This document shows positions 15,301-16,220 of a DNA stretch of 16,220 nt, piece by piece. The notes under the pieces are model-generated. The model made no database searches. It was not told where the DNA came from and worked only from the letters and a program-made list of their open reading frames with translations. How positions within the stretch are numbered: the stretch's first letter is position 1; each line of letters opens with the position of its first letter. Made by a program: the position numbers and the translations under genes. Source of the stretch: an uncultured Deinococcales bacterium (GTDB taxonomy: Bacteria; Deinococcota; Deinococci; Deinococcales; JAAFIG01); assembly GCA_964247135.1 (NCBI GenBank), contig CAXTTL010000104.1:1-16220 (forward strand), written 5' to 3'.

Positions 15301-16220
15301 AACCCGCGCTTTGCCTTTGTGCCGTTGGGTCAAGCCGACCGCACCCTCAAATTGGGCGCAGTCGTGACCGGCACCGAAAACCGTGCGGTCACCTGGGCGA
15401 CCACCGGCGGCACACTGCAAACCACGGGCAACATCACGACCCTGACCGCCCCAGACACCCAGGGCACCTACACCGTGACCGCCAGCCTGACCGAGAACTC
15501 GAGCATCCTCGGCACGGCAAAAGTCTTTGTTGCCCCCTCGAGTTACGTCGTCTGGACGGGCAAAGCCAACACTGACAACTGGGCTGATGCCAAAAACTGG
15601 ACGGGTGGGGTGGTGCCAAACGCCAACAACACCGTGGTGATCGATACCATCAATCAAAACGTGAATTACTCCGGCGGCGATACGACCATTGCCGGATTGA
15701 TCACCAACAGCAAATTGACCATCTCGAGCGGCAGCCTTCACATTACGGGGAGCGCCAGCCTGACGGCTGGGTTGAACATCGCTGGAGGCAACGTGATCGC
15801 CGATGGTGTGGTGACCTTGGCTGGTCAGAACACCTGGTCCGGCGGTAACTTGGCTGGCAGCGGTAAGTATGTGAACCAGGGCGAACTCGACCTGATCCCT
15901 GGCAATGGCAAATTTCTCTCGTCAACGCTCGAGAACCTGGGGACGATCAAAGTCAGTCAAACGTTCTATCCCGTGACCAATTCCGTATTGAAAAATGTTG
16001 GAACACTCGAGTTTATCAATGACGCCGATATTGCTTCGGCAAACGGACTCTTAAACCTCGAGAATACAGGTTTAATCCTCAAATCTGCTGGCACCGATGC
16101 TTCAGACTTGAATGTCAACCTCATCAATACAGGAACGCTCGAGTCTCGAGTTGGAACGTTGGGTGTGTTTTATGGCACGTTAAACAGCGGAACCTACAAT
16201 GCCAGCGCTGACGCGACCCT
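12355..16220 (+). CDS. Large surface lipoprotein with VWD (von Willebrand factor D, GDPH) domain, Ig-like domain and beta-helix-like repeats; 3' end outside the window (>1288 aa)
   Basis: Translated by hand in frame +1 with no stop to the window end. AGGGGG RBS, MQTRLEGLQKSCLVLFLSCLVA-C lipobox (Cys codon 12421), Pro linker, SWGDPHLQTFDG (GDPH at 14521-14532), GLLGNADG, ICLERGV...LCVFDVAVSGD, NRAVTW...APDTQGTYTVTA, WTG...NWADAKNWTGGVVP, then NxGTL repeats. Confidence 0.9.
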   Translation, partial: MQTRLEGLQKSCLVLFLSCLVACGDPGVQPPPPTPGPTLSTQTVGIKVQFPSGVTIPTNGLKLETALGSLPVAADGSTQAEIFEQGPQFAQVLNANDNPVLMGWARPGNVSFTVNTTAQVLMYFDLGSYLSTPDLRAAIMDALSKSTELKPLEDAIALALSTDPNSMGADNPSISAAINAVHAKLLQNPVLQQVKPRSIQINPLAPKSGLEILQGDGQHVKVRNTYRRRAKVFVDRVATIDENGVRQNLVLAARGSATDISPTLTTTSVYGSIADFILAGIPGTDATGKYAWQPVDSDPILMQIVPDTALGSVYSLRAVGAGGSLGEYSDLTDLQKKTQRDLTQKTMIVDFLLPFITGVAMPTAGDLVKTLQDNALAYGVLADAINLVPQAIWDKAFAGDFKGAVKDLIGAFMNPAAYGASNIMKTRMIELAAVLVAKGRAAAVVDRVARMFTDKFGRIIDKIDKVLAVFDASAQVHDVLSSSQSAIWEITVKKGKLRLTPPEQTVSKYGIARVHEKIDSPESYTGLQYQVSTSGKFGHLYKDGVRQTGSFTVNLDLLGVIYVPDIPLPPADAGGKRQDTITIEATGFDGNLKTSIGVGTVVINSEGATLDAAPRSVSGGAGPGQKAVTSFNVISTEGKNSYSVSSAGPFGVVLNGSGKLNSGESRAVRLEAICPDVETQDGSSYTIQGSLTVYGLSESGQNLPPIGVAASLTCGTRKAKSWGDPHLQTFDGRAYNFQATGDFVLTHSLTDQFQVQVRYRSGGGNISYNQAIAAKVGLSVVEVYATASGNPKVLIDHTLLDTSSPVNRDLIGGGAISVNGTQVSIAWADGSNLSLTGGNDWFYNIDLSVPAGRSGQLEGLLGNADGDATNDIRIKGGAVIANPSEKDLYLQYRQSWHVPLTSPASLFSQGPDLYDPFYPVNVVSLEDLDPTAIANAQQICLERGVLDPELFKLCVFDVAVSGDPKFADYALGLDPNVLRVLVNPRFAFVPLGQADRTLKLGAVVTGTENRAVTWATTGGTLQTTGNITTLTAPDTQGTYTVTASLTENSSILGTAKVFVAPSSYVVWTGKANTDNWADAKNWTGGVVPNANNTVVIDTINQNVNYSGGDTTIAGLITNSKLTISSGSLHITGSASLTAGLNIAGGNVIADGVVTLAGQNTWSGGNLAGSGKYVNQGELDLIPGNGKFLSSTLENLGTIKVSQTFYPVTNSVLKNVGTLEFINDADIASANGLLNLENTGLILKSAGTDASDLNVNLINTGTLESRVGTLGVFYGTLNSGTYNASADAT

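Larger units (their letters stand above)
348..16150. repeat. Dispersed highly iterated palindrome CTCGAG (~100 copies)
   Basis: Manual count of about 103 copies, first at 348 and last at 16145 (about 6 per kb), in genes on both strands and in intergenic DNA. Confidence 0.92.

Noticed and set aside
13135-15741. Minus-strand ORFs of 286 aa and 475 aa
   Set aside because: Antisense shadows of the plus-strand lipoprotein gene, which the track omits because it has no stop in the window.
1-16220. CTCGAG abundance as a cloning or XhoI ligation artefact
   Set aside because: The sites lie in frame inside intact conserved genes without breaking protein motifs, so they are native sequence.
1-16220. 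tRNA, rRNA, transposase, phage or defence genes
   Set aside because: No supporting motifs seen on either strand.

Overview
Chromosomal window from a bacterium that is probably Deinococcota (Deinococcales-like Rrf2 and malic enzyme, leaderless -10 promoters; this is an inference). Left to right: a small hypothetical ORF; a signalling cassette made of a CheB-CheR-PAS-histidine kinase fusion flanked by two stand-alone receiver proteins; an M42 aminopeptidase; a LysM-NlpC/P60 endopeptidase; a ~100-bp TIR-bounded MITE-like element, with a second partial copy at the window start; an Rrf2 (IscR-like) regulator plus group I cysteine desulfurase; an atypical SMR-family membrane protein; an NAD-dependent malic enzyme; an N/Q/S/G-rich exported protein; and a >1288-aa lipoprotein with a GDPH-containing VWD domain that runs off the window end and is absent from the ORF track. 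The Rrf2 promoter carries a Fur-like box and a second inverted repeat, and a GTAG-type REP hairpin lies between the Rrf2 and desulfurase genes. The most striking signal is window-wide: the palindrome CTCGAG occurs about 100 times by manual count (about 4-5 expected by chance), in all three codon phases and in intergenic DNA, like a HIP1-type highly iterated palindrome.
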